From: Candidatus Cryptoclostridium obscurum
GTDB lineage: Bacteria; Bacillota; Dehalobacteriia; UBA7702
NCBI GenBank assembly: GCA_904420535.1
Contig: CAJFVQ010000009.1
Coordinates: 7,694-71,693 of the forward strand
Direction of reading: 5' to 3'
DNA length: 64,000 nucleotides
Shown: positions 18,972-28,806 of the stretch, piece by piece
Position numbering within the stretch: the first letter of the stretch is position 1
How the letters are laid out: every line of letters begins with the position of its first letter
The notes under the pieces: model-generated
The model's database searches: none
Told to the model about the DNA's origin: nothing
What the model saw: the letters and a program-made list of their open reading frames with translations, nothing else
Made by a program: the position numbers and the translations under genes

Positions 18972-20750
18972 ATGCAACATTATATTGTAGAAAAGGGCGA
19001 TACTCTTTGGCTCATTGCCAAACGCTTCGGTGTATCTCTGGAGGAATTGATTCGTGCGAATCCTCAGATCAAAGATCCTAACAAAATTTATCCCGGTAAC
19101 CGCATCAATATTCCTTTGCCCTCAGAAGGCGGTATGTCCGTTTATACGGTGCGCCCCGGCGATACGATGTGGCTGATCGCAAAGAAATTCGGTATTTCTT
19201 TGGAGCGCCTCCTGAAGGCAAATCCCCAAATCAAAGATCCGGATCGCATCGATGTGGGACAGCGGATTTTTATTCCCCAAGGGCATGGCGGCGGGGGCGG
19301 TGGCACCGTTTACACAGTTCGTTCCGGTGATACAATGTGGCTAATCGCAAGGAGATTCGGGATCTCCTTAGATGCTTTAATCAAGGCCAATCCTCAAATC
19401 AAGGATCCCAATTTAATTTTCCCCGGTCAGGTATTAACGATTCCTACGGGAGGATCTGCGCATCCGATGCCGCCAACGCATCCTGTGCCGCCAATGCCTC
19501 CGGCTCCTCCGGCCAAAAGCAGAAATGGGCGTCTTTATATTGTAAAAAGTGGCGATACTTTTTTCCATATTGCTCAGCGTTATGCTTTGAATTTGGATTC
19601 ATTGATTCTTGCCAATCCTCAAATTAAAGACCCCGATCGTATTACCCCTGGAATGCAACTTTATCTTCCCGGGATTCACGTAGTAAGACGTGGTGATACT
19701 ATTTCGTCCATTGCCAGGATGCATGGCGTCAGTGAAGGGGAATTGCTTCGTATTAATCCTCAAATCAAAGATCCGGATCGCATTGACATTGGACAAAAAA
19801 TTTATATTCCTCGGATGCCCAACGGCGATATGGCAACATACACTGTGGAACAAGGGGATACATTGCAGAGAATCGCCGAAATGTTTGGTTTGGCTGTGGA
19901 AGCTTTGACCAATGCCAATCCTGAGATTACAGATCCTGATCGTATCTTCCCCGGTCAACGCCTTCGTATTCCCGGTCCCCATCAGGTTCAGCAGGGGCAA
20001 ACCCTTTCGTCCATTGCCGAACTTTACGATATTTCCCTCAACGCTTTGCTGGCTGCCAACACCCAAATTGAAAATCCCGATGTGATTTTCCCATGGACTA
20101 TGGTGCGCATTCCTCCCACGTCGATGATGCCTCGTCACCAGGGAGCCGTTGGTGTGGATTATGTGGTACAGCCCGGTGATACCCTTTATGAAATCGCAGG
20201 TCTTTATCATGTCTCATTGGAAAACTTGATCAAAGCCAATCCCCAAATCAAAAATCCCGATATGATTTTCCCCGGTCAGATTATTCGCGTTCCCATTGGT
20301 CATGTCGATTGTACCTGCTATACAGTAAAACAGGGGGATACTCTTTATAAGATTGCTCGGATGTATGGAGTATCTGTCAATGCTATTATTCGTGCCAATC
20401 CCAGAATTACCAATCCCAATTATATAGAAGCAGGTTGGGTATTAATGATTCCTTTGCGCGGTAATGGATGTATGCGCGATGAAGAAAATGATTCGGTGGA
20501 ATTGGAAGAAGAACGCATGTCTCAAAGCGAAGTCACGGAGCATCCCCGCATCTATGTGGTGCAAAAAGGAGACAGTCTCTACTCTATCGCCCATAAATTC
20601 AATGTTACCGTAAAGCAAATTATGATGGCAAATCCTGAGATCAAAGATGAGGATGTGATTTATCCGGGGCAGCAAATTATTATTTTACCGGCAGATATGG
20701 TTTGTGAATATCGTTGCCTGGATTGTCCTTGGTTTGTAAAAAATAGATAA
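18972..20750 (+). CDS. LysM-repeat protein (10 tandem LysM domains, no signal peptide)
   Basis: Ten copies of ~45 aa Y(T/V)V..GDTLW.IA..FG(V/I)SL..L..ANPQIKDPD.I.PGQ.I.IP. A Pro-rich linker (HPMPPTHPVPPMPPAPPAK) follows repeat 3. The C-terminal tail is CEYRCLDCPWFVKNR. Start at MQHYIVEKGD with AAAGGAAGGTG. No hydrophobic leader. Confidence 0.75.
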   Translation: MQHYIVEKGDTLWLIAKRFGVSLEELIRANPQIKDPNKIYPGNRINIPLPSEGGMSVYTVRPGDTMWLIAKKFGISLERLLKANPQIKDPDRIDVGQRIFIPQGHGGGGGGTVYTVRSGDTMWLIARRFGISLDALIKANPQIKDPNLIFPGQVLTIPTGGSAHPMPPTHPVPPMPPAPPAKSRNGRLYIVKSGDTFFHIAQRYALNLDSLILANPQIKDPDRITPGMQLYLPGIHVVRRGDTISSIARMHGVSEGELLRINPQIKDPDRIDIGQKIYIPRMPNGDMATYTVEQGDTLQRIAEMFGLAVEALTNANPEITDPDRIFPGQRLRIPGPHQVQQGQTLSSIAELYDISLNALLAANTQIENPDVIFPWTMVRIPPTSMMPRHQGAVGVDYVVQPGDTLYEIAGLYHVSLENLIKANPQIKNPDMIFPGQIIRVPIGHVDCTCYTVKQGDTLYKIARMYGVSVNAIIRANPRITNPNYIEAGWVLMIPLRGNGCMRDEENDSVELEEERMSQSEVTEHPRIYVVQKGDSLYSIAHKFNVTVKQIMMANPEIKDEDVIYPGQQIIILPADMVCEYRCLDCPWFVKNR

Positions 20751-20802
20751 AGGATTTAATAATGTCTGTAGGAAGCCATTTTTGTTCATGGTTTTGCAAA
20801 GG

Positions 20803-20838
20803 TAGCGGCGGGAACATCCATTCCTGCCGCTATCTTTT
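20803..20838 (+). terminator. terminator after the LysM gene
   Basis: TAGCGGCGGGA...TCCTGCCGCTA with one mismatch, followed by TCTTTT. Confidence 0.5.
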
Positions 20839-20962
20839 GTGACATTGGTTGCCTTTGGAAGTATGGTTCCGGTCATCTAACGGAAAATAGCAGAGATTTG
20901 AACAGTATGTGATCCCCCGTCGTTGATAGATTATGTTATAATAAATTAGTTTATTTATTATT

Positions 20963-22504
20963 ATGTTTGATAGAGGCTCGATCAGAATGCAAGTCGGTGT
21001 TTGGCATATTGTTGGAATTTTGTTAATACTTGTCCTCATTGCTGTAGTCGGTCTTTGGTCTGGACAGAGAGTAAACAATGCGAAAGATTTTACCACCGGC
21101 AATGGTAAAGCCGGGGCTTGGCTTGTCTGTGGTACCATTATGGGAAGCCTTGTCGGGGGGCAAGCCACAGTGGGTACTGTACAAATGGCTTTTTCTTTTG
21201 GTATTTCTGCTTGGTGGTTTACATTGGGAGCAGGTTTGGGGTGTATCGTATTGGCCATTGGTTATGTTGTGCCGCTACGTCATAGTGGCGATATGACATT
21301 ATTGCAGATCATTGGAGAAGAATATGGGAGCCGCTCTGAATCCATTGCTTCCGTATTATGTTCTGTAGGGATCTTTATCAGTGTGATCTCCAATGTGTTG
21401 GCATTTACAGCATTGCTGACTGCATTATTTCCCATTGATGTCTATCTTGCCGCTGGGATCTCCGTGATCGTAATGGCAGTATATGTCATTTTTGGCGGAG
21501 TATGGGGTACTGGAATGGGAGGCGTTACAAAGCTGATTTTGCTTTACATTGCCTCCCTGATTGGCTTCATTCTGGTATTGACGTTGAGCGGTGGCTTTCG
21601 CGGCATCATGAATTCACTTTGCGATGCAGTGTCAAACAACGCCTTGGGAGAGCTTTATGGATTTGCGAACAGGGATGATATTAGCGACTATTATCTAAAT
21701 CCTGTGGCTCGTGGTGCCATGAAAGATATCGGTTCCGGTCTTTCCTTAATCATGGGAGTTCTTTCTACCCAGACCTATGCCCAGGCGATTTGGTCGGCAA
21801 AGAGCAACAGCAAGGCCAGGAAAGGGGCGTTGCTCAGTGGATTTCTGGTTCCTCCCATTGGCATTGCCTGTATTCTCATTGGTTTTTATATGCGAGGTCA
21901 TTATATCACCAGCGATGAAATTTCGGCTCTTGCCGCAGCGGGACAAATAATTCCTCAGGGCCTCACGGAGATTTCTTCTTCCGCTCAGGCATTTCCGGTG
22001 TTTATTTTGGATCATTTGCCGCCCTTGCTGGGCGGGGCCATTTTGGGCACTCTTTTACTTACGGTTGCGGGGGGCGGCGCCGGTCTTTCTCTGGGGGTTG
22101 CTACGATCCTTGTTAACGACATCTTTTATAAAATGAAACCGGCTGCAGCGGAAGGTTCCAAAGGTTTGGTTCTGACAAGGGTCACTTTGGTAGGTATTCT
22201 CCTCGCTTCTGCTGTCGTGGCTTCTTTGGTCCCCGGCGCCATCATCAATGACTTTGGATTTCTTTCCATGGGTTTCCGTGGCGCTGCGGTACTGGTTCCA
22301 TTGACCTGTGCTTTGTTTTTCCCCGGTCGTGTGGATTCTCGTTGGGCCTTGGCTGCTATTATTTTGGGGCCTTTGCCGGTACTAATCGGGAATTTGTTCG
22401 AACTTTCCTTTGATCCTCTATTTTTGGGGGTGGGAGTGTCTTTGTTACTAGTCGCCATTGGCGAGAGATACAAACAATATTGTTCCGGTGGCAATAAAAA
22501 ATGA
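20963..22504 (+). CDS. sodium:solute symporter (SSS) family transporter
   Basis: About 13 TM helices with the characteristic SSS GG/TxG patterning. The start could be the downstream ATG at 20987 (MQVGVW). Confidence 0.7.
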   Translation: MFDRGSIRMQVGVWHIVGILLILVLIAVVGLWSGQRVNNAKDFTTGNGKAGAWLVCGTIMGSLVGGQATVGTVQMAFSFGISAWWFTLGAGLGCIVLAIGYVVPLRHSGDMTLLQIIGEEYGSRSESIASVLCSVGIFISVISNVLAFTALLTALFPIDVYLAAGISVIVMAVYVIFGGVWGTGMGGVTKLILLYIASLIGFILVLTLSGGFRGIMNSLCDAVSNNALGELYGFANRDDISDYYLNPVARGAMKDIGSGLSLIMGVLSTQTYAQAIWSAKSNSKARKGALLSGFLVPPIGIACILIGFYMRGHYITSDEISALAAAGQIIPQGLTEISSSAQAFPVFILDHLPPLLGGAILGTLLLTVAGGGAGLSLGVATILVNDIFYKMKPAAAEGSKGLVLTRVTLVGILLASAVVASLVPGAIINDFGFLSMGFRGAAVLVPLTCALFFPGRVDSRWALAAIILGPLPVLIGNLFELSFDPLFLGVGVSLLLVAIGERYKQYCSGGNKK

Positions 22505-22534
22505 TGAACGCTATACCAGCGTTCATCATTTTTA
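22496..22534. terminator. bidirectional terminator between the symporter and the convergent lipoprotein gene
   Basis: AAAAA-ATGATGAACGCT-atacc-AGCGTTCATCAT-TTTTT. Confidence 0.6.
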
Positions 22535-22549
22535 TTGTTTGATTAATGT

Positions 22550-23038
22550 TTATTCCATTTTTAAATCGATGTTGTAATCGTTGCAAAGGGCTTGTAAATC
22601 TTCGGCAAATGTTTCGAACCCCGTTTCCGCCTCGTCGATTTGACTAAAAGCCGAGTCGGCGCCATTCAAATCGTCGGTTTCCAGACATTGATGCATTTGA
22701 TCCAATGCTGTTTGCATCTGTCCCCAGGCATCTACCATTTCCTGATGGACTTCTGCGATTTTTTCATCTTCTATATTTATGGCATTAATGCTGTCGTTGA
22801 TTGTTCCTAACGTTGGCAAAATATCCTCATCCAGCATAGCAATGGCCGCAGCGGTATCACTGGTATTGCCAAGCTGTTGCAGCTGATCGTAAAAAAGGTT
22901 GATATCCGTTTCCAAAGCATTGATCTCATTAATATAGTCAAGGAGACCCTCCTGGGTTTGTTTTTCTTCCGGACTCATGCAGCCGAAAAGGGAAAGAGCA
23001 ATCACCGCGGCGCATAAAAAAGTTAAGAATTTTTTCAT
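22550..23038 (-). CDS. hypothetical lipoprotein, alpha-helical, acidic
   Basis: Lipobox MKKFLTFLCAAVIALSLFGC|MSPEE. RBS GGAGGT. Confidence 0.55.
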   Translation of the reverse strand: MKKFLTFLCAAVIALSLFGCMSPEEKQTQEGLLDYINEINALETDINLFYDQLQQLGNTSDTAAAIAMLDEDILPTLGTINDSINAINIEDEKIAEVHQEMVDAWGQMQTALDQMHQCLETDDLNGADSAFSQIDEAETGFETFAEDLQALCNDYNIDLKME

Positions 23039-23240
23039 AAAATGAAACCTCCAATCGGTGAATTGTTATTATAGAATATCTTTATTATAACGGAGTTTTC
23101 GGATCCCGTCAATGTGAGGGCAATGATGGAGGGAATATGATTTCTAATTTGGGGCCATGGTATATTTTAAAATTTTGAAATACTCAGCAATTGAAATATA
23201 AAAAAATAAGATTAATATAGATATACAGGTGAAATGAAAA

Positions 23241-23400
23241 GTTATGATACATTGTGTACAATTTTATAAATTTTTGTCATATTGAAATTTATGGTAGGAA
23301 ATTGGTTGCCAACAGAGAATAGAATACGCAGAGTTTATAATACACCGTGTACAGTTTTGTAAATTTTTGTCATATTAAAATAGATGCAGGTAAATGGCAA
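23241..23400 (+). repeat. two tandem ~66 bp imperfect direct repeats (92 bp period) in the divergent promoter region
   Basis: AGTTATGATACATTGTGTACAATTTTATAAATTTTTGTCATATTGAAAT versus AGTTTATAATACACCGTGTACAGTTTTGTAAATTTTTGTCATATTAAAAT. Each copy holds a TGTACA palindrome and a TTGTCATATT box. Confidence 0.5.
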
Positions 23401-23449
23401 TCTTCGGCGAAATATAAAAAGTAAATCTGGAAGGGGGAGTATCTTTTTT

Positions 23450-23815
23450 ATGAATATTTACGATAAGACCGAAGATCTTGCCGCCTCCATCAAAGCCAGT
23501 GGCGAATATGAAGATTTTCTGCGCTGCAAAAAGAAGATTTCCAGTGATCCGCGCGCTGTCGCCATGTTAAGGGAATACCGGCAATATCAAATCGCTTTAG
23601 AATTTGCAAAAATGTCCGGCGAAGGTGTGGACGAGCTCAACAGCGCCTTGGAAGATTTCTGCATTCGCATGGAAGAAGATACTTCTGTGGGAGAATATCT
23701 TACGGCAGAATACAATCTTACCAGGATGATGCAAAATATCCAGAGTATTCTTACGGATGATCTGGATCTGTATTTGGATGCCGATTGGCAGGAAGAAGAC
23801 TGTTATTTAAATTGA
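23450..23815 (+). CDS. YlbF/YmcA-family (Com_YlbF, UPF0342) regulatory protein
   Basis: 121 aa helical protein (KASGEYEDFLRCKKKISSDPRAVAMLREYRQYQIALEF...). Start at MNIYDK with GGAAGGGGGAG. The track start at 23384 lies inside the repeat region. Confidence 0.5.
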   Translation: MNIYDKTEDLAASIKASGEYEDFLRCKKKISSDPRAVAMLREYRQYQIALEFAKMSGEGVDELNSALEDFCIRMEEDTSVGEYLTAEYNLTRMMQNIQSILTDDLDLYLDADWQEEDCYLN

Positions 23816-23830
23816 TTAAGGAGAGCGATT

Positions 23831-24730
23831 ATGGACACAGAAAAACTTACCATTGATTCCTTGCGTACGGCAATGGCCGAAGAGCACTATATTGCGGAAG
23901 ATGATATCGTCATTCCTCTTTATTTGTCTCTTCGCTTGAAAAAACCTCTTTTGATCACCGGCGCCGCTGGCGTAGGGAAAACGGAAATTGCCAAAGTATT
24001 GGCTTCAATTTTCGATATGGATTTGATTCGTCTCCAGTGCTATGAGGGGCTGGATGAGAATAAAGCCCTTTATGAGTGGAATTATCAAAAACAACTTTTG
24101 AATATCCAAAGCAGACAGGGTGAGGATGTTAATATCTTTTCCGAGGAATATTTGTTGTCTCGCCCTCTTTTGAAAGCGCTGCGTACGGAAAAACAGTGTG
24201 TGCTTTTGATTGATGAGATTGACAAAACCGACGCGGAATTTGAAGCGTTTCTTTTTGAAGTTCTTTCGGATTTCCAAGTATCTGTGCCGGAGTTGGGTAC
24301 CGTGAAGGCCAAGCAAATCCCCATTGTTATTTTGACCAGTAACGGGGAGCGGGAACTGTCCGACGGGTTGAAACGGCGCTCTGTCTTTTTGAATATCGAT
24401 TATCCTTCCATTGAAAAGGAAGTGGCCATCGTCAAAACCAAAGTGCCTGAATTAGGCAATGAATTGACGTTGCAGTTGGCGCGGGGTGTGGCATGGCTGC
24501 GCCGGGAATTGGATTTGAAAAAAGATCCTTCCATTGCCGAAACACTGGATTGGGCCCGTTGTCTTATAGATTTTAATGCCGATCGCTTTACGGAAAAGCT
24601 TATCGACGACACAATGAACGTGTTAATTAAAGATGAAGAGGATTTTGCGGAATTTCGTGACAACGGAGGAGCCCGTCAAATGCTCCGTGCCATCATGAAG
24701 TCTGACGCTGCCGATGGCGACAATGATTGA
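23831..24730 (+). CDS. MoxR/CoxD-like AAA+ ATPase (AAA_5)
   Basis: Walker A GAAGVGKTE, a CoxD/NorQ-like segment DLIRLQCYEGLDENKALYEWNYQKQLL, and Walker B VLLIDEIDK. RBS AAGGAGAG. Confidence 0.75.
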   Translation: MDTEKLTIDSLRTAMAEEHYIAEDDIVIPLYLSLRLKKPLLITGAAGVGKTEIAKVLASIFDMDLIRLQCYEGLDENKALYEWNYQKQLLNIQSRQGEDVNIFSEEYLLSRPLLKALRTEKQCVLLIDEIDKTDAEFEAFLFEVLSDFQVSVPELGTVKAKQIPIVILTSNGERELSDGLKRRSVFLNIDYPSIEKEVAIVKTKVPELGNELTLQLARGVAWLRRELDLKKDPSIAETLDWARCLIDFNADRFTEKLIDDTMNVLIKDEEDFAEFRDNGGARQMLRAIMKSDAADGDND

Positions 24731-24775
24731 GCGCCTTTTGAGCTGCAGAAATTTTAAAAAGCAAAGAGGCCTGCT

Positions 24776-26062
24776 ATGGAAAAATATTTAGAAAACAGTA
24801 TCGTGACTTTTGTCCAAATCCTTCGCAGGGCCGGAATGTTTGTCGGCACCTCAGAACTGCTGGACGCGTTGAATGCCGCAAAATATGTCAATATGGCGCA
24901 AAAAGATGAGTTCTTTTTGGCGCTCTCTTCGGTTTTGGTGAAGTCTCCGGTAGATTTGCCGCTTTTTACTGCGGTATTTCAGTCTTATTTCGTTCCCCAG
25001 GGCGACCGTGACGCCCAGGTGGATGGGTATCGGGAACAGCTGGAAGAGATTGAGGAGCTCAAAGATGAACTCGTCTTTAAAGATGAGCCTTTGGATCTGT
25101 CCGAAGAAGATTTGGATACCTATGTGGCCATGCCCGAAGCGGAGCGTGATAAGATCCGTCAATTCGTGGAGATGACCAATGTCGGCTACAATGTTACAGA
25201 ACGTCATAAAGAATGGCTGGAACGCTCAATCCGCGGTGCTTTGGATTTTTATCGTAGTAATTGGGGGCAAATGAACATTATGCCCATGGAAACTACAGGT
25301 GATGAGGAGCTTGACTCCATTCTTTACGAGGTGGCAAAAAACCAAGACGCCAAGGATCTTATGTTAAAGGATATGAAGGATATTTCCGGCGCAGAAGTGA
25401 GAGAAGCTGTCCTTTTGGTTCGCCATTTGGCTCGCCGTCTCGCGACTCGCATCGGCCGCAGATATAAGCGCAGCACGAAGAAGGAAGCCGTCGATGTGCG
25501 CCGTTCCCTTCGGAAGAGTTTGCGCTATGGCGGTGTATTGCTGGAATTGATTCATAAAAAGAAACGGATTCAGAAGCCTTCGATCATTCTTTTTGCCGAT
25601 AATTCCGGTTCCATGATTAAATACAGCCGGTTTGTCATCCAGTTGATGCTGGGACTCTCGGAGGTTTTGCCCAGGATGCGGTGTTTTGCTTTCTCCGACC
25701 ATCTGGCCAAGTTGGATCTGCGCGATTTTAATGCAGAAACAGAGGAATTCGGTAAAATCGACGGTCTCGGTGAAACGACAAATCTTCATGCTTCCCTCTT
25801 GGAGTTTTTGGAAAAGTATGATAAAATACTAAACAAACGAACCGTAGTGCTGATTCTCAGCGATACCAAAACATTGGAATACGATGCTACGGCGGAAAAG
25901 TTGAGATACATCGCGGCGAAATCCAAGGAGATCATCTGGCTGAATCCCATGGACAAAGAGGATTGGAAGCGTTATCCTATGGTAGAAGCATTTCTTCCCC
26001 ATGTTTCCATGTATGAGTCATCTTCCATTGAGAAGCTGGCTCAAGCCTTGAAACATATTTAA
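24776..26062 (+). CDS. VWA domain protein, CoxE-like partner of the MoxR ATPase
   Basis: VWA_CoxE pattern RRYKRSTKKEAVDVRRSLRKSLRYGG...KPSIILFADNSGSM (MIDAS DxSxS). Lies 46 nt downstream of the ATPase. Confidence 0.7.
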   Translation: MEKYLENSIVTFVQILRRAGMFVGTSELLDALNAAKYVNMAQKDEFFLALSSVLVKSPVDLPLFTAVFQSYFVPQGDRDAQVDGYREQLEEIEELKDELVFKDEPLDLSEEDLDTYVAMPEAERDKIRQFVEMTNVGYNVTERHKEWLERSIRGALDFYRSNWGQMNIMPMETTGDEELDSILYEVAKNQDAKDLMLKDMKDISGAEVREAVLLVRHLARRLATRIGRRYKRSTKKEAVDVRRSLRKSLRYGGVLLELIHKKKRIQKPSIILFADNSGSMIKYSRFVIQLMLGLSEVLPRMRCFAFSDHLAKLDLRDFNAETEEFGKIDGLGETTNLHASLLEFLEKYDKILNKRTVVLILSDTKTLEYDATAEKLRYIAAKSKEIIWLNPMDKEDWKRYPMVEAFLPHVSMYESSSIEKLAQALKHI

Positions 26063-26089
26063 AAAAAAGAAGATAAAGGAGCGACAACC

Positions 26090-26296
26090 ATGCCAAAGTA
26101 TAGTTTTACCTGTCAAAATTGCAAAGAGGAATTTACTGTTACTTGTAAATACGAGGAAAAGTGGGATTCCGTTTGTCCTCATTGTGGGAGCAAAGAAAAA
26201 AAAGAGGTATTTAAGCCTTTGGGACATGGTTCCGCTCAAGGCGTTTTGGATCGTATGGGAATCCAAGTCCCTCCTCCGGGAAAATTCCCCCGTTGA
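26090..26296 (+). CDS. FmdB-family zinc-ribbon protein
   Basis: MPKYSFTCQNCKEEFTV...CPHCGS CxxC...CxxC pattern, 68 aa. RBS AAAGGAGCG. Confidence 0.6.
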   Translation: MPKYSFTCQNCKEEFTVTCKYEEKWDSVCPHCGSKEKKEVFKPLGHGSAQGVLDRMGIQVPPPGKFPR

Positions 26297-26373
26297 ACCA
26301 TAGAATATTGACAGTTCATACATTATTTTATATGATTGTATAGAAATCACGACTTGTCATAGGGGGAAATTGA

Positions 26374-27138
26374 ATGTTATTTGAAAACTTACGCAATGTG
26401 AAAAAGAAATGGAAGGTTCCCGCACTTATCGTCATTATTGTTTTAATTCTGGGCCTTTTGAGTTCCTTTGCCTATCTTGGTTCATCCTTTGGCTCCGGTA
26501 CAAATACTGCTGCTACGGGTACTTCCATTGAAAGTTTGGAGTCTCAGGCAAAAGAGGCCGCCAAAGCGGCGGATGATTCTGATGACGGAGAAACAGTGAT
26601 TGCTGCATCAGAAGCATATTATGATCTTGCCGTATACCAACAGCTTTACAACGAAGGAGCTGACGCCAAAGAAAGCTATCAGTTGATGAAAAATTACGCA
26701 GAAAAGGCCTTGGATATTTATGGTTCCGTTGAAACTACCGATGCCCAATGGCAAACCGCTTATCTCCTTTTAATGCAGGCCGATGCCGCCGGTAATGATG
26801 TGGAAAGTCTTCGCGCTCACTTTGCCGATAGTTTGAATGTAACTGTTCCCAGTTCCGATTATTTGCAGACGTATGCAAATCTTCTCTATACGGCAGAAGA
26901 TTACCAAGCCATTGTGGATGACATGAATGCTGCCGTCGCTGTTCTGGAACCTTTGGCCACCAATGAAGAAGAAACGGAAGAGGAAACTGCTGCAGAGGAA
27001 GAAGAAACCACTGATGATACGGCTACTTCTACCGAAGAGACTCCTTCCGATGTGCTTGCTACTGCAAATCAGTTGATTACTACCGCCCAATCCCTTTTGG
27101 ATGATTCCGGTACATCCGGTGCGGAAGGTGAGGAATAA
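26374..27138 (+). CDS. N-terminally membrane-anchored, acidic, helical hypothetical protein
   Basis: Single TM (VPALIVIIVLILGLLSSFAYLG), then a TPR-like helical body and a very acidic tail (EEETEEETAAEEEETTDD). Confidence 0.4.
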   Translation: MLFENLRNVKKKWKVPALIVIIVLILGLLSSFAYLGSSFGSGTNTAATGTSIESLESQAKEAAKAADDSDDGETVIAASEAYYDLAVYQQLYNEGADAKESYQLMKNYAEKALDIYGSVETTDAQWQTAYLLLMQADAAGNDVESLRAHFADSLNVTVPSSDYLQTYANLLYTAEDYQAIVDDMNAAVAVLEPLATNEEETEEETAAEEEETTDDTATSTEETPSDVLATANQLITTAQSLLDDSGTSGAEGEE

Positions 27139-27377
27139 AACAAAATTAAGTACTCCATAAAAGTCTCCCATAGTTTTTTACCATGGGAGACTTTCGTTGT
27201 CATAATTTTACTTTTTAATCGTATTTTAAGGAAAGTAAGGTAGACGTGATCTGTATCTTATATTATAATAGAAAGCGGCAAGTCCGTGGTCTTTGCAACA
27301 ACTACGGGTTTTGAATGTCGTGACCAGTACCACTTTGGTATGATAATTTTATTGGACGAACGAAAGGAGAATGATTC

Positions 27378-27962
27378 GTGTCCGAGAGTGTATTTGCTTT
27401 TTTATCGGGACTCCCTCTTAATTGGATTGTCTTTTTTGCTTCTGCGATTCCCATTACAGAACTTCGTGCAGCCATCCCTTTTGGGATTGCTTGCGGAATG
27501 GATCCCTTGTCCGCTTGGTTTTGGGGGGTTTTGGGAAATCTTTTGCCGATTCCACTGATTTTGCTTCTTTGGCCTTTGGTGTACCGCCTGTTTGATGCAA
27601 TTCCCTTTACTCGAAAATTTCTCCATCGCTATGTGGATAAAGCCCGGACCAAGGGACAGGAAATGGAAAAGCTCGGTGTTCTTGGGTTAATTATTTTCGT
27701 AGGGATTCCTTTGCCAATGACCGGAGTATGGACCGGATCTCTCATCAGCTATTTATTGGGTTTAAATCCTTTAAAATCCTTTTTATGCCTGACAGCCGGT
27801 GCCTGTATTGCCGGTATTGCCATGACCTTAGGCACCATGGGATTTGTTGGATTGGCTGACGTGATTGGATTAACAGAGATGATCATTATTGCGGTAATCA
27901 TTATTGCGGTAATTTGTGGGATTGTCTATCGCAGAAAAAAGAAAAAAGTGAAAAAAACATAA
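27378..27962 (+). CDS. COG2426/Sm_multidrug_ex-family small membrane (putative export) protein
   Basis: NWIVFFASAIPITELRAAIPFGIACGMDP...GIPLPMTGVWTGSLISYLLGL conserved motifs. GTG start with GAAAGGAG 8 nt upstream. Confidence 0.6.
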   Translation: MSESVFAFLSGLPLNWIVFFASAIPITELRAAIPFGIACGMDPLSAWFWGVLGNLLPIPLILLLWPLVYRLFDAIPFTRKFLHRYVDKARTKGQEMEKLGVLGLIIFVGIPLPMTGVWTGSLISYLLGLNPLKSFLCLTAGACIAGIAMTLGTMGFVGLADVIGLTEMIIIAVIIIAVICGIVYRRKKKKVKKT

Positions 27963-28095
27963 GCGGTTTTTGAATACATTCCTTTGATTTGGAATTGTCA
28001 TCGGTATATTTTGTAGATATATAATGTAATAAAACATTGGTATTTCGCACGAAAGGTGATATAAAAAGGTATCATGAAAGATTGTTTATCACCAT

Positions 28096-28124
28096 GCCCT
28101 GAACATTTTTCAGGGCTTTTTTAT
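28096..28124 (+). terminator. rho-independent terminator ~135 nt after the export-protein gene
   Basis: GCCCTG-aacattttt-CAGGGC followed by TTTTTTATTTG. Confidence 0.55.
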
Positions 28125-28776
28125 TTGCTTTTTGGTAGGAGATATTGAAATGTTTTTATATTATCATGTTTCAATCATTTTACAGTAAATAAGAACGATA
28201 TGACGGATGAATGATGATACAGATGATTGTCCACGATCGTTGTTTGAATAATGAAATTTTTGAAATGGTTGTATTTAAAAAAGGTCGCGATCGACATAAA
28301 TTAATACGATACGGTGCGGTTTTCGTTTCCTATAGGATTCTTTGGCTTTATCTTTTTGCGAGATAAAATTTTTTTTGTCGAAATGAAAAAAACTTTTGAA
28401 AAGGACTTTACAAATCGTAATTTATACGTTATTATTTAATTGCAGTGGTAAAAAGTAGTGTTTTTTCCAAAAAAAAGGCATGAAATCCCATATCGCTGCC
28501 AAATAAAACGATAGAAAGTAAAAAGTGTGAAATGAAACTGCGGCTCCTTCATAAAATAGAAAACGGGGCCAATCTCGTTGACTTACTTTATTTGTAAAGT
28601 CTATGGGAGAATACATCGTAAATAAAAAAGATATTTCAGTTTTGGAACTGCCAAATGCTCCAAATGCTCCAAAGTAAGGGGCGAAAATGAAAAACTGTAA
28701 CGCCGTTTACTAAAAATGAAATAAGAAACGGCAGAAAAAACTGCGAGGGTAGAGCTACCCGAGGTTCTGCCCTTCG

Positions 28777-28806
28777 CCTGCCCGTCATCGGGCAGGATTT
28801 TTTTTC
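28777..28806 (+). promoter_or_regulatory. terminator-like hairpin plus U-tract 18 nt upstream of the mraZ start (possible attenuator or 3' end of an upstream RNA)
   Basis: CCTGCCCG-tcat-CGGGCAGG followed by ATTTTTTTTT, immediately before GGAAAGGAGG and the ATG. Confidence 0.4.

Noticed and set aside
19599-20210. 203 aa minus-strand ORF inside the LysM gene
   Set aside because: It is antisense to the 10x LysM reading frame, whose repeat structure clearly marks the true coding strand.
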